Assembly: GCA_964016885.1 (NCBI GenBank)
Contig: OZ024741.1
Span: forward strand, 212,846,001-212,910,000
Direction: 5' to 3'
DNA from: Eledone cirrhosa
Taxonomy: Eukaryota
Length of the DNA: 64,000 nt
The notes under the pieces were generated by a model. The model was given only the letters and a program-made list of their open reading frames with translations, had not been told where the DNA came from and made no database searches. Positions 42,349-55,198 of the stretch are shown here, in pieces. The first letter of the stretch is position 1. Every line of letters starts with the position of its first letter. Both the position numbers and the translations under genes were made by a program.

Positions 42349-43180
42349 AAATATTAAACAAATAATGAATAAAACAATGAAACAGTTCCTTATATTAAAC
42401 AAAAAAAGTTCATTATTTAACGATCGTTTCTAGGATATATATGTGTTAGAATTGGCATGCATATTCAACAGATCTATGTACAAAATTATACAAAATTATA
42501 CAAACTATCAAGATTAAATATACATACCAAACACACATATATGCCGTCTTCAGAAATAATGAAATATATTTATTGATAATGACAACAATTCAAAATTTCA
42601 GGTCCGTTTGGGAACGGAGTTCAAAATTGACCAATGAAAATACAAAAAGTTTTATGCAGTTTGGTGTGTGCATATACATGTAACTAACCCCGTACACATA
42701 TTTATACAAAGATATATGCTCAACATGCATACGCATGCCAAAAAGATGTATGCAAATACAAAAATTTAAAGGCTAATGTCTCTGTAAGTTTATAATCCAC
42801 AGATAAAATGCGTATAGACACATAAATATGAAATAAGTGTATACACATATTCTCATACTCACACATATCCGTACACTCACACACACGCGCGCGTATATGC
42901 ATAAACATACACATAATTACGAACATACATACACATACACACCCCTACACACATATATATGTGGATATAATATTATCATAAGCACATGGATATTAATTCA
43001 CTCACATAAACACTGCCACACACATTTAGATCAAGATACAGAAATTAGGTGGGAGGGGGGGAGAGGTCAGTATTCAACGGTTTGGGCAGACTGCTTATTT
43101 ATAGATGTATCTATAAACTTCGAAATAAAAAGAAAAGAAAAGAAAAAGAAAAAAGAAAAAAGAAATATATCAAGAAAATA

Positions 43181-43236
<56 letters not shown>

Positions 43237-43310
43237 CACACATCTACACATACAACACAGACACACACGCATATATAAACATATACATATATATACATAC
43301 ACACACATAT

Positions 43311-43353
<43 letters not shown>

Positions 43354-44782
43354 TACATATAGCATACATACAAATACATACGCATCCATATATGCGTATA
43401 TACATACAAACACCACTACACTCTCACACAACTCAGACATACAAAGAAGAAGGTATATACATATACATATATACACACATTAAAAGAGATACATATACAC
43501 ATATATATATATATATATATACACATACATTTATATATATACCCACACACACATACAACCATAAACACACATACAAACACATACATACATACATATATAC
43601 ATATATATACACACACACAAAAACACACATACACATATATATTTTTACACATATATATACACATATATATACATATACACATAAGTTATATTATAATAAT
43701 AAATAATATATATATATATACACATACGAATATATATATATATACACACATAGATATACATATATATATATACACACACACACACACACTCACATATATA
43801 TGTGCGCACACGTACATATATACACATACACACATATACACATAAACACATACATGTGCATACATGTACATACACACATATACCCACATAGATACGAAGA
43901 TAGACATATATATAGAGAGACATACATATACATACACATATATACATACACATACATATACACATATATATATATATATATACACACACATACACGCCCA
44001 CACACATATACACACATACACATATATATATATATATATATACACATACATATACACATGCATATATACACATATATATATATACATATACATATATATA
44101 TATACACACAATCATACATTCTTATTTGCATGCGCATATATGTATTTTTATACTCAGATATAAACACCCAAACATATATACACCTACCTACATATATATT
44201 CATACATACACGCTTACAAACACAGATGATAATAGTATGGGGGAAAGGGGGGGGGGGGGGAGAAGGGGATTATAGTAAATATATGTTTCAAGAAACATAG
44301 AATATTAATCTGTATTTGGATCTCAATATATGTTTTTACATAGTTTCAGTGTTAGGAAATGCAAGAAATAAGGCAAAATTATGCATTTCAAAATAAGTAT
44401 ACCATTAATTATATGTTAACTAAACTAAAGAAAGTTAACATATTGATTTCTAAGGTGTAAATTAGTTAGGTTTATAATATTTGAAGCAGAATTTTGAAGT
44501 TAAATAGTAGTAGAGTATTAATTATAGTATAACTAAATTAAAGTTATTAATGTTATGGTATCAATATTAGGAAATGAATTTAGTAATAGGGAAAAAACAA
44601 ATAAAGTATTACATCGGTAGTAGAATATAAATTATAGGTTAACTAAATTAAAAATTATATATTAATTTCTATAGTATATGTTAATTAGGTATATAATAAA
44701 CAAAACAGATATTGTATTTTATCAATAGCAGAATATAATTATATGCAAATAGAAATCAAAATTAATACATATACATATACAT

Positions 44783-44829
<47 letters not shown>

Positions 44830-46124
44830 TACATACATACATATACATATTTTTTCAAAAATTGCAAAGAATATATTAACTAGGTATACATCCAAAACAC
44901 ATCCCATGACACTCTGCAATCCGTCTGTATTAGGATACTAATTTTAAGCCAATTAAATTAAATTTTTAGGTTGACTAAATTTAAAACCAAATTATAAATA
45001 TATTTCTAAAATGTATATTAATTAGGTCTATAATACTAAAAATTATTTCTCTGTCATTGGATACACGATATTTTGTTATATTTTATCTGTAAAGGAATTT
45101 TAATAAAGGGTTAAATAAATTAAAATTAATCTATAAATTAAATTACTAAGTATATATTAGTAATATTTAAAGGTTTTTCACAATTTATGATTACACAATA
45201 TTTTATATTCTCATCTGTAGTAGAATTTTAATTAAATTAAATTTATAGGTTAACTAACATTTAAATTAAATTATATATTAATTTCTAAAATAATGTTATT
45301 AATTAGGTTTATAATATTTAAATGTTTTTTTTAGTTTATGATTACACGATATAATTAATTCCTGTCGTTTATTTAATAGGATATCCTTAGATTTCATTAT
45401 TTCAAATAGTTCTTGGGAACATAATCTACATTCATTTCTATTATTTTGATAAGGGGTGGCTCTTTTGAGCACACTCCAGGTCAAATCATATTCTATATTC
45501 TTATTTTTATAACTATTGATTTTTTCTGCTAGAGATGTTGTATTAGCCAGTGCGGCATTTTTAAAACTATGCTTGTGGGTATTAAACCTTGTCTTAAAAT
45601 TGTTAGAAGTAGCTCCTATATATGAGCAAATAGAATCTTTAGTTTTAACATTACATTTATAGACTATGTTGTTAACAAGACAATTCCCTTTTAATGGGCA
45701 GTTTGCTTTGTTTCTACAGTTACAACCTTTCGTTAATTCTGTATTTGAGGAGATATTATGGTTAATTTGATGTATTGGTGGTATACTTATGGTTTTCTTA
45801 CATTTATATGCATTATAGGCACTTATATTTTGTTTTATGTTATTTGTTGTTGAGTATGAGAATTTAACTGTAGACCTATTTAAGATTTGATGGTATTTGT
45901 GGTTTGGCGGGAAGTTTTTCTCTAGGATATAAAAAAATTTTTTAGCAATATTATCCTTAATTTGTAAATTAAATGGAGCATTATACCAAGTAACCCGTCT
46001 ATTACGGTTTCTATGTTGTTTATTATTTTTATTATTTTTATAGGTTGTATCGTGATGTTTACTAGGAGGATTAATGTTAATGATCTCACCACAACCATTT
46101 TTAGTTATATTTGTAGATTTAGGT
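42349..46124 (-). mobile_element. Inverted copy of the 3' 3.8 kb of the Penelope-like element (left arm)
   Basis: Reverse complement of 47043-50847. Contains the GIY-YIG C-terminus (ORF 45299-45484) and a hammerhead motif at 42409-42563. Confidence 0.95.
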
Positions 46125-47868
46125 AATTAACTGGTTTAAAAATATTAGATGTAAATCTTCTGCTTCATTTCTACAATTTGATATAGATAATTACTATTCT
46201 TCTATATCACCTATACTCCTGAACAAAGCATTGATATTTGCTAAAAATAGATCTAACTTAACTTTGGATGACATTAATATTATTACACATGCTAGACTAA
46301 CACTTATTGAATTTCAGAATGAATACTGGACCAGAAACACATATAGTAATCTATTTGATATTACTATGGGTTCAAGCGATTCCGCCCAAATTACTGATCT
46401 TGTGGGCCTCTTTCTCCTTTTCAACATAAATGCCTCCTTTCCCCACCTTAAAGGTGGTTTATATCGTGATGACTGTCTTCTTCTTTCTAACAACCTTAGC
46501 CTTTCAGAAATAGAAAAAAACAAAAAACATATTAGAACTTTCCTTAAAGACTATTATAATCTTCATATTACTTTTGAAAAAACAAGTAAAGTAGTAAATT
46601 TCCTAGATATAACTTTAGATTTAGCTACGGGTATCTACCAACCTTACCATAAACCAAACCAAAACTTACATTACATACACTCACAATCTAATCACCCTAA
46701 ATCTATCCTTAAAAACCTTGCATATAATATATCACTTAGAATTTCTAACCTTTCTTCTAACCAAGATGTATTTGATAAAAATGCGACCTTCTATAACGAA
46801 GCTCTAGATAGAAGTGGCCACAAAAATAGATTAGAATATATACCTTCTACTAAAAATACTAAAAGCATACAACCTAATATTACCAACAAACACCAAATGA
46901 AAAGTACACACCTAAATGCGACCCACACTATACCCCAAAATACCAAATCTTCTAATATAAAATATAGTAACTCTCAAAAAACTACTCATCATACAACTCT
47001 AATAAATATTAATAATAAAACTCCTAATAAAAAAGACAAAACACCTAAATCTACAAATATAACTAAAAATGGTTGTGGTGAGATCATTAACATTAATCCT
47101 CCTAGTAAACATCACGATACAACCTATAAAAATAATAAAAATAATAAACAACATAGAAACCGTAATAGACGGGTTACTTGGTATAATGCTCCATTTAATT
47201 TACAAATTAAGGATAATATTGCTAAAACATTTTTTTATATCCTAGAGAAAAACTTCCCGCCAAACTACAAATACCATCAAATCTTAAATAGGTCTACAGT
47301 TAAATTCTCATACTCAACAACAAATAACATAAAACAAAATATAAGTGCCTATAATGCATATAAATGTAAGAAAACCATAAGTATACCACCAATACATCAA
47401 ATTAACCATAATATCTCCTCAAATACAGAATTAACGAAAGGTTGTAACTGTAGAAACAAAGCAAACTGCCCATTAAAAGGGAATTGTCTTGTTAACAACA
47501 TAGTCTATAAATGTAATGTTAAAACTAAAGATTCTATTTGCTCATATATAGGAGCTACTTCTAACAATTTTAAGACAAGGTTTAATACCCACAAGCATAG
47601 TTTTAAAAATGCCGCACTGGCTAAGACAACATCTCTAGCAGAAAAAATCAATAGTTATAAAAATAAGAATATAGAATATGATTTGACCTGGAGTGTGCTC
47701 AAAAGAGCCACCCCTTATCAAAATAATAGAAATGAATGTAGATTATGTTCCCAAGAACTATTTGAAATAATGAAATCTAAGGATATCCTATTAAATAAAC
47801 GACAGGAATTAATTATATCGTGTAATCATAAACTAAAAAAAACATTTAAATATTATAAACCTAATTAA
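46123..47868 (+). CDS. Penelope-like element polyprotein, 5'-truncated: RT, CxCx5C linker, GIY-YIG endonuclease
   Basis: Frame is open from 46123: FLQFDIDNYYSSI, FDITMGS..DLVGLFLL, GGLYRDD, VNFLDITL, SNHPKSI, GCNCRNKANCPLKGNC, IVYKC..YIGAT..FKTRFNTH, CRLC..E, LNKRQE..CNH. Confidence 0.9.
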   Translation, partial: VINWFKNIRCKSSASFLQFDIDNYYSSISPILLNKALIFAKNRSNLTLDDINIITHARLTLIEFQNEYWTRNTYSNLFDITMGSSDSAQITDLVGLFLLFNINASFPHLKGGLYRDDCLLLSNNLSLSEIEKNKKHIRTFLKDYYNLHITFEKTSKVVNFLDITLDLATGIYQPYHKPNQNLHYIHSQSNHPKSILKNLAYNISLRISNLSSNQDVFDKNATFYNEALDRSGHKNRLEYIPSTKNTKSIQPNITNKHQMKSTHLNATHTIPQNTKSSNIKYSNSQKTTHHTTLININNKTPNKKDKTPKSTNITKNGCGEIININPPSKHHDTTYKNNKNNKQHRNRNRRVTWYNAPFNLQIKDNIAKTFFYILEKNFPPNYKYHQILNRSTVKFSYSTTNNIKQNISAYNAYKCKKTISIPPIHQINHNISSNTELTKGCNCRNKANCPLKGNCLVNNIVYKCNVKTKDSICSYIGATSNNFKTRFNTHKHSFKNAALAKTTSLAEKINSYKNKNIEYDLTWSVLKRATPYQNNRNECRLCSQELFEIMKSKDILLNKRQELIISCNHKLKKTFKYYKPN

Positions 47869-48337
47869 TAACATTATTTTAGAAATTAATATATAATTTA
47901 ATTTAAATGTTAGTTAACCTATAAATTTAATTTAATTAAAATTCTACTACAGATGAGAATATAAAATATTGTGTAATCATAAATTGTGAAAAACCTTTAA
48001 ATATTACTAATATATACTTAGTAATTTAATTTATAGATTAATTTTAATTTATTTAACCCTTTATTAAAATTCCTTTACAGATAAAATATAACAAAATATC
48101 GTGTATCCAATGACAGAGAAATAATTTTTAGTATTATAGACCTAATTAATATACATTTTAGAAATATATTTATAATTTGGTTTTAAATTTAGTCAACCTA
48201 AAAATTTAATTTAATTGGCTTAAAATTAGTATCCTAATACAGACGGATTGCAGAGTGTCATGGGATGTGTTTTGGATGTATACCTAGTTAATATATTCTT
48301 TGCAATTTTTGAAAAAATATGTATATGTATGTATGTA

Positions 48338-48390
<53 letters not shown>

Positions 48391-49380
48391 ATGTATATGT
48401 ATATGTATTAATTTTGATTTCTATTTGCATATAATTATATTCTGCTATTGATAAAATACAATATCTGTTTTGTTTATTATATACCTAATTAACATATACT
48501 ATAGAAATTAATATATAATTTTTAATTTAGTTAACCTATAATTTATATTCTACTACCGATGTAATACTTTATTTGTTTTTTCCCTATTACTAAATTCATT
48601 TCCTAATATTGATACCATAACATTAATAACTTTAATTTAGTTATACTATAATTAATACTCTACTACTATTTAACTTCAAAATTCTGCTTCAAATATTATA
48701 AACCTAACTAATTTACACCTTAGAAATCAATATGTTAACTTTCTTTAGTTTAGTTAACATATAATTAATGGTATACTTATTTTGAAATGCATAATTTTGC
48801 CTTATTTCTTGCATTTCCTAACACTGAAACTATGTAAAAACATATATTGAGATCCAAATACAGATTAATATTCTATGTTTCTTGAAACATATATTTACTA
48901 TAATCCCCTTCTCCCCCCCCCTTTCCCCCATACTATTATCATCTGTGTTTGTAAGCGTGTATGTATGAATATATATGTAGGTAGGTGTATATATGTTTGG
49001 GTGTTTATATCTGAGTATAAAAATACATATATGCGCATGCAAATAAGAATGTATGATTGTGTGTATATATATATATGTATATGTATATATATATATGTGT
49101 ATATATGCATGTGTATATGTATGTGTATATATATATATATATATATGTGCATGTGTGTATATGTGTGTGGGCGTGTATGTGTGTGTGTATATATATATAT
49201 ATATATGTGTATATGTATGTGTATGTATATATGTGTATGTATATGTATGTCTCTCTATATATATGTCTATCTTCGTATCTATGTGGGTATATGTGTGTAT
49301 GTACATGTATGCACATGTATGTGTTTATGTGTATATGTGTGTATGTGTATATATGTACGTGTGCGCACATATATATGTGA

Positions 49381-49412
<32 letters not shown>

Positions 49413-49840
49413 GTATATCTATGTGTGTATATATATATATATTCGTATGTGTATATATATATATATTATTTATTATTATAATATAACTTATGTGTATATG
49501 TATATATGTGAGGGTGTGTATATGTATATATATGTGTATATATATGTGTAAAAATATATATGTGTATGTGTGTTTTTGTGTGTGTGTATATATATGTATA
49601 TATGTATGTATGTATGTGTTTGTATGTGTGTTTATGGTTGTATGTGTGTGTGGGTATATATATAAATGTATGTGTATATATATATATATATATGTGTATA
49701 TGTATCTCTTTTAATGTGTGTATATATGTATATGTATATACCTTCTTCTTTGTATGTCTGAGTTGTGTGAGAGTGTAGTGGTGTTTGTATGTATATACGC
49801 ATATATGGATGCGTATGTATTTGTATGTATGCTATATGTA

Positions 49841-49885
<45 letters not shown>

Positions 49886-49959
49886 ATATGTGTGTGTATG
49901 TATATATATGTATATGTTTATATATGTGTGTGTGTCTGTGTTGTATGTGTAGATGTGTG

Positions 49960-50015
<56 letters not shown>

Positions 50016-50842
50016 TATTTTCTTGATATATTTCTTTTTTCTTTTTTCTTTTTCTTTTCTTTTCTTTTTATTTCGAAGTTTATAGATACATCTATAAATA
50101 AGCAGTCTGCCCAAACCGTTGAATACTGACCTCTCCCCCCCTCCCACCTAATTTCTGTATCTTGATCTAAATGTGTGTGGCAGTGTTTATGTGAGTGAAT
50201 TAATATCCATGTGCTTATGATAATATTATATCCACATATATATGTGTGTAGGGGTGTGTGTGTGTATGTATGTTCGTAATTATGTGTATGTTTATGCATA
50301 TACGCGCGCGTGTGTGTGAGTGTACGGATATGTGTGAGTATGAGAATATGTGTATACACTTATTTCATATTTATGTGTCTATACGCATTTTATCTGTGGA
50401 TTATAAACTTACAGAGACATTAGCCTTTAAATTTTTGTATTTGCATACATCTTTTTGGCATGCGTATGCATGTTGAGCATATATCTTTGTATAAATATGT
50501 GTACGGGGTTAGTTACATGTATATGCACACACCAAACTGCATAAAACTTTTTGTATTTTCATTGGTCAATTTTGAACTCCGTTCCCAAACGGACCTGAAA
50601 TTTTGAATTGTTGTTATTATCAATAAATATATTTCATTATTTCTGAAGACGGCATATATGTGTGTTTGGTATGTATATTTAATCTTGATAGTTTGTATAA
50701 TTTTGTATAATTTTGTACATAGATCTGTTGAATATGCATGCCAATTCTAACACATATATATCCTAGAAACGATCGTTAAATAATGAACTTTTTTTGTTTA
50801 ATATAAGGAACTGTTTCATTGTTTTATTCATTATTTGTTTAA

Positions 50843-50847
<5 letters not shown>
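46125..50847 (+). mobile_element. Penelope-like retroelement with a ~3-kb microsatellite-rich 3' region, ending at (TA)n
   Basis: ORF above plus a tail shared with the diverged copy at 61081-64000. Both copies end at the same base next to (TA)n. Confidence 0.88.
50633..50787 (+). ncRNA. Hammerhead motif with ~116-nt helix II insert near the PLE 3' end
   Basis: ttcattattt-CTGAAGA-(116 nt)-GAAAC-gatc-GTT-aaataatgaa. Perfect 10-bp helix I, palindromic acgatcgt; the base of helix II pairs imperfectly. Confidence 0.65.
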
Positions 50848-50909
<62 letters not shown>

Positions 50910-51618
50910 ATATAAATAAATACATTATCGGAGAAAGCTTTTAGCGATACTCCGGCCAAATTCCAACTCACTCAACAAACATTAGGAAATAAGTGAGTAT
51001 ATTCCTAATTAAATGTATCGTGTGGAAAATTGGCTGTATTATTTCATATGAGACATATCGAATATATCTCTTCCCAGACGGACGTCTCGTTTCATTATAA
51101 GATTCCTACAATTTGGGTGAAATTATATCAATTTATGTAGGAGCTTGTATAAGATCAACAGATATATATTCAAGTGGGCTCCTATAATTCATCAGTGGGT
51201 GCCCAATAATACTAATATTGATAATCTAACCAAAATCAGTATTTAGCAATCATCACCATCAGTGCCTGAGTCATCTGTTAGGTTCCTACTCCAGCAGTTC
51301 CAAAGATATGTATATATATATATATATTTATAAAAAGAAAATGTCGCTCTACATGGCTGAATACAATAAATGTAATGTGAGGTTTTCGAATATTAATAAT
51401 AACATTCGATTCGTTTGCAATTATGCAAACAAGCCTCAATTTTATAGTCATGTCTGTAGAATGAACCCTTCATTCTTGCACTTATGTCGGCATGCCAACA
51501 TAAGATCAATAATGAAGTGTTCATTCTAATGACATGGCTATAAAATTGAGGTTGGTTTGCATAATTGCAAACGAATCGAATATTATTATTAATATTCGAA
51601 AAGATTATATATATATAC

Positions 51619-51649
<31 letters not shown>

Positions 51650-52011
51650 AATGTACATGTATATACATGTATATATATGTATATATATATATACACATAC
51701 ATACACATATATATATATATATACATATATATACATACATATATATATTTATATATATACACATATATATATACATATATATATAGTAATAATAATAAAT
51801 TTGAAGACTAAAATCCAAAGAGGACTCAATAAGGATAAATATATATCAAATATAGAAGAACCCTAGAGCAAATATTTATTAAAATAACAGATTAAAGTTT
51901 AAGCGAAGAATCGGTGCTTTCACCCTTAACGGGATCTTCTTAAACTCGTAGTTTCAGAAGATCCCGTTAAGGGTGAAAGCAGCGATTCTTTGCTTAGACT
52001 TTAATCTGTTA

Positions 52012-52122
<111 letters not shown>

Positions 52123-52129
52123 ATATATA

Positions 52130-52168
<39 letters not shown>

Positions 52169-52604
52169 CTCTTTCACTATATATATATATATACCAAACC
52201 TCAACAAAAAAGAATGGAATGGATTTAACCGTTTAAATAACAATAAAACACTAACACTCAAAGAGGCGGATAAAGGGAGTGCTGTAGTCCTTATGAAGAC
52301 AGAACACTACACAACCCTAGTACCTTCAACTCTAGAAAACGAAACATACTACGAAAAGTCTCAACACTACAACCACCAGAAAATAATGAGAAATCTAAAA
52401 TCTCTAACAACCCTTTACAAAGTAGGTCTTACCGACAAGGGGTACGACTATATCGCTAACTTCAAAAGCAGACCCAGCTTTTCTACAGTATCCCAAAGAT
52501 ACACAAAAGCGAAGAAATAGGAAGGGCCTGCAAGGAAGCCACTGACATACGCATCAATGTATCCCCCCCTCCTAATGACCTCAAATTAAGACCCATAATA
52601 GCAG

Positions 52605-55198
52605 CCTATAGTCCAACCGAGGGGGACAGTGATGTGAATGCGGAGGAGTTCCATGAGGAGGTGTGTAGAGCTGTCAACACCACTCAGGCACACAATATCC
52701 TGCTTGTTTTGGGGGACTTCAATGCACATCTGAGTAAGGAGGGCAGTGAAGATCCTTGCTGGTACTTCCATAACAACACCAACCGAAATGGAAGACTACT
52801 GAGAGACACCCTGCTGGAGGCGAACTTGATGGCGACCAACCTAGGGTTTAGGAAGAATCTGGGGAAGATGTGGACCTACATCTCAGATATGCACCTGTCC
52901 AAGTCCCAGATTGATTTCATTCTGGTGAGGAAAAAGTGGCGGAATAGTGTTCTGAACACGGAACCATACAGCTATTTCAGTACACTGGGTAGTGACCACC
53001 GGCTTGTTATGAGTGAGGTCCGCGTGAGCTTAAGAAAGAGCAAGGCTCAGCCCCGGAGAACAATCTATGACTGGGGAGCTTTCAAGGAAGATGATAAGCT
53101 ACAGGAGAGGTTCACAGTGGAAGTGAGAAACAGGTTTAGTGCTCTGTGTGGAGAGTCAGAGGAGAGAGAGATTGGATGGACTGAGGAGAGTGTGACGAGG
53201 AGGTACGGGCACTTCACCAATGCAGTGGCGAAAGCAAGTGAAACCCGGGTGCCGAGGAAAAAGAACAAAGGGAAGCACGTCAGCTCTGCAAACCCAAAAG
53301 TGTGTGCAGCCAGAGAACACCTGAAAGCTGCCAGGGACCAATTCTATGCTGATCCTACGGAGGAGAGGATGGAGACTGTGGAGGTGATGAGGGAAGAGCT
53401 CTGTACCGCTTACACTGAGGTCAGAGAGGAGGCACTGATAGAGAAGATCAGAAGTGTGGAGAGAGCGGTTGACAGATCTGGATGTAAGGAGAGCTGGATG
53501 ATCATCAACGAGATCACAGGGAGGAAGAAAAGGTGTTCGAGTCAGATCCAGGGAACGGGGCCCGAGGATAGGAAGAGGAAATGGCTAGACCATTTTAGGA
53601 CCCTACTAGGAGAGCCACCCTCCACAGCCCAGAGCACTGGGGAGATCAGGCGGCTGTTTGAGGAACTGGATGTTGAGACAGAGCCCTTCACCAGAGAGGA
53701 GCTTCAGAGAGCCAAGAGGAAGATCAAGGAGGGCAAGGCTCATGGAGAGGATGGAGTGGCATCAGAGGTGATGAAGAGGTGTGATTTTGATGATATCATC
53801 CTGGGGTTCTGTAACGGGGCACTGGAGAAAGGAGTTGCCCCGAATCAGTGGAGGATCAGTAACATCGTCCCAGTGCCAAAGAAGGGAGATCTCTCTAACA
53901 CCAACAACTACCGGGGGATCTCACTGACGTCACTTGTGGCAAAGACCCTCAACAGGATGATTCTTAACAGGATCCAGCCTGAGATGGAGAAGAAGCTCAG
54001 AGACAACCAGAACGGCTTCAGAGAGGGTAGATCAACCACCAGTCACATCCTGATGCTGAGGAGGATATTAGAGGGAGCTAGAGCAAAGTGCCTTCCTGCG
54101 GTCATGGTTTTCATTGACTTTAGGAAGGCCTTTGATTCTGTGGACCGTTACTGCCTGATGAAGATCTTACAGGCTTATGGAATCCCCAAGAGGATAGTGG
54201 ACCTGATATCACTGCTCTACACCAACACCAAAGCCCAAGTCATTACACCTGATGGGATGACAGAGTTCTTTGAGATACTGGCTGGAGTGCTCCAGGGAGA
54301 TACATTGGCTCCCTACCTTTTTATCATCGTAGTGGACTATTGTATGCGCCTTGCACTGGAGAAACACCAGGACTCTGGCTTTACTGTAGCACCGGCTCAG
54401 AGCAGGAGAGTTGGGGCGAAAAAGGTATCGGATGCTGAGTTTGCCGACGACATAGTTTTGGTGACAAATACAGTGAAGGAGGCAGAGGATTTGATGCGGG
54501 AGGTTGAGACTGTGTCGATGAGTGTGGGGCTGAGAATGAATGAGACTAAAACAAAATATCTGGTAGAGAATATTGAGAAGCCAGAGGGGATCACTAATGT
54601 AGGCGGGAAGCCGCTGGAATTGGTTGAGGACTTCCTGTATTTGGGAGCAAAGATTGGGAATACGGAGGATGATGTGGTTGAGAGGAAGAGCAAGGCCTGG
54701 GCGGCGTGCCACAGCTTGAGATCGGTGTGGAAGTCGGACCTTCGTAGAGACCTGAAAATCCGCCTCTTCATTGCTGTAGTGGAGTCTGTGCTGCTGTATG
54801 GGTCTGAGACTTGGACACTGACTAAGAAACTCACTCAGATGGTGGATGGGTGCTACACGAGAATGTTGAGGATGGCTCTGAACATTAATCAGTATACACT
54901 GAGGATGAAAAGCTCAGAGCTGTATGGGAGCATCCCAAGAGTCAGCTCAAAAGTGACACAGAGGAGACCGAGGTTCGCTGGACATGCTCACCGACATCCG
55001 GAGTTGACATTGCACTCAGTGCTCCTTTGGGAGCCCCTACATGGACACACTAGAAGAGGAAGACCAAGGTTAACATATGTTGATGCCCTAAGGACAGACA
55101 CTGGTCTGTTGGAGATGCATGATATGGCAGCGATAATGAGGGACAGAGACCGCTGGAGAGAACTCGTCCATGGATCTCGGGAATTTTACCCGCCTTAG
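52605..55198 (+). mobile_element. RTE-clade LINE, 5'-truncated, with 7-bp TSD ATAGCAG
   Basis: TSD at 52598-52604 and 55199-55205. Higher GC than the flanks. Single open APE-RT frame. Confidence 0.92.
52634..55198 (+). CDS. RTE APE endonuclease (partial) plus reverse transcriptase, 854 aa without stops
   Basis: LGDFNA, QIDFIL, SDHRLV, NYRGISL, QNGFREGRST, FIDFRKAFDSV, GVLQGDTLAPYLF, FADD, FLYLG, LLYGSETW, RRGRPR. Confidence 0.9.
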   Translation: MNAEEFHEEVCRAVNTTQAHNILLVLGDFNAHLSKEGSEDPCWYFHNNTNRNGRLLRDTLLEANLMATNLGFRKNLGKMWTYISDMHLSKSQIDFILVRKKWRNSVLNTEPYSYFSTLGSDHRLVMSEVRVSLRKSKAQPRRTIYDWGAFKEDDKLQERFTVEVRNRFSALCGESEEREIGWTEESVTRRYGHFTNAVAKASETRVPRKKNKGKHVSSANPKVCAAREHLKAARDQFYADPTEERMETVEVMREELCTAYTEVREEALIEKIRSVERAVDRSGCKESWMIINEITGRKKRCSSQIQGTGPEDRKRKWLDHFRTLLGEPPSTAQSTGEIRRLFEELDVETEPFTREELQRAKRKIKEGKAHGEDGVASEVMKRCDFDDIILGFCNGALEKGVAPNQWRISNIVPVPKKGDLSNTNNYRGISLTSLVAKTLNRMILNRIQPEMEKKLRDNQNGFREGRSTTSHILMLRRILEGARAKCLPAVMVFIDFRKAFDSVDRYCLMKILQAYGIPKRIVDLISLLYTNTKAQVITPDGMTEFFEILAGVLQGDTLAPYLFIIVVDYCMRLALEKHQDSGFTVAPAQSRRVGAKKVSDAEFADDIVLVTNTVKEAEDLMREVETVSMSVGLRMNETKTKYLVENIEKPEGITNVGGKPLELVEDFLYLGAKIGNTEDDVVERKSKAWAACHSLRSVWKSDLRRDLKIRLFIAVVESVLLYGSETWTLTKKLTQMVDGCYTRMLRMALNINQYTLRMKSSELYGSIPRVSSKVTQRRPRFAGHAHRHPELTLHSVLLWEPLHGHTRRGRPRLTYVDALRTDTGLLEMHDMAAIMRDRDRWRELVHGSREFYPP

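Noticed and set aside
42349-50847. DNA transposon or Polinton with long TIRs
   Set aside because: The arms include the retroelement's own ORF 3' half. There is no transposase, integrase or polymerase B.
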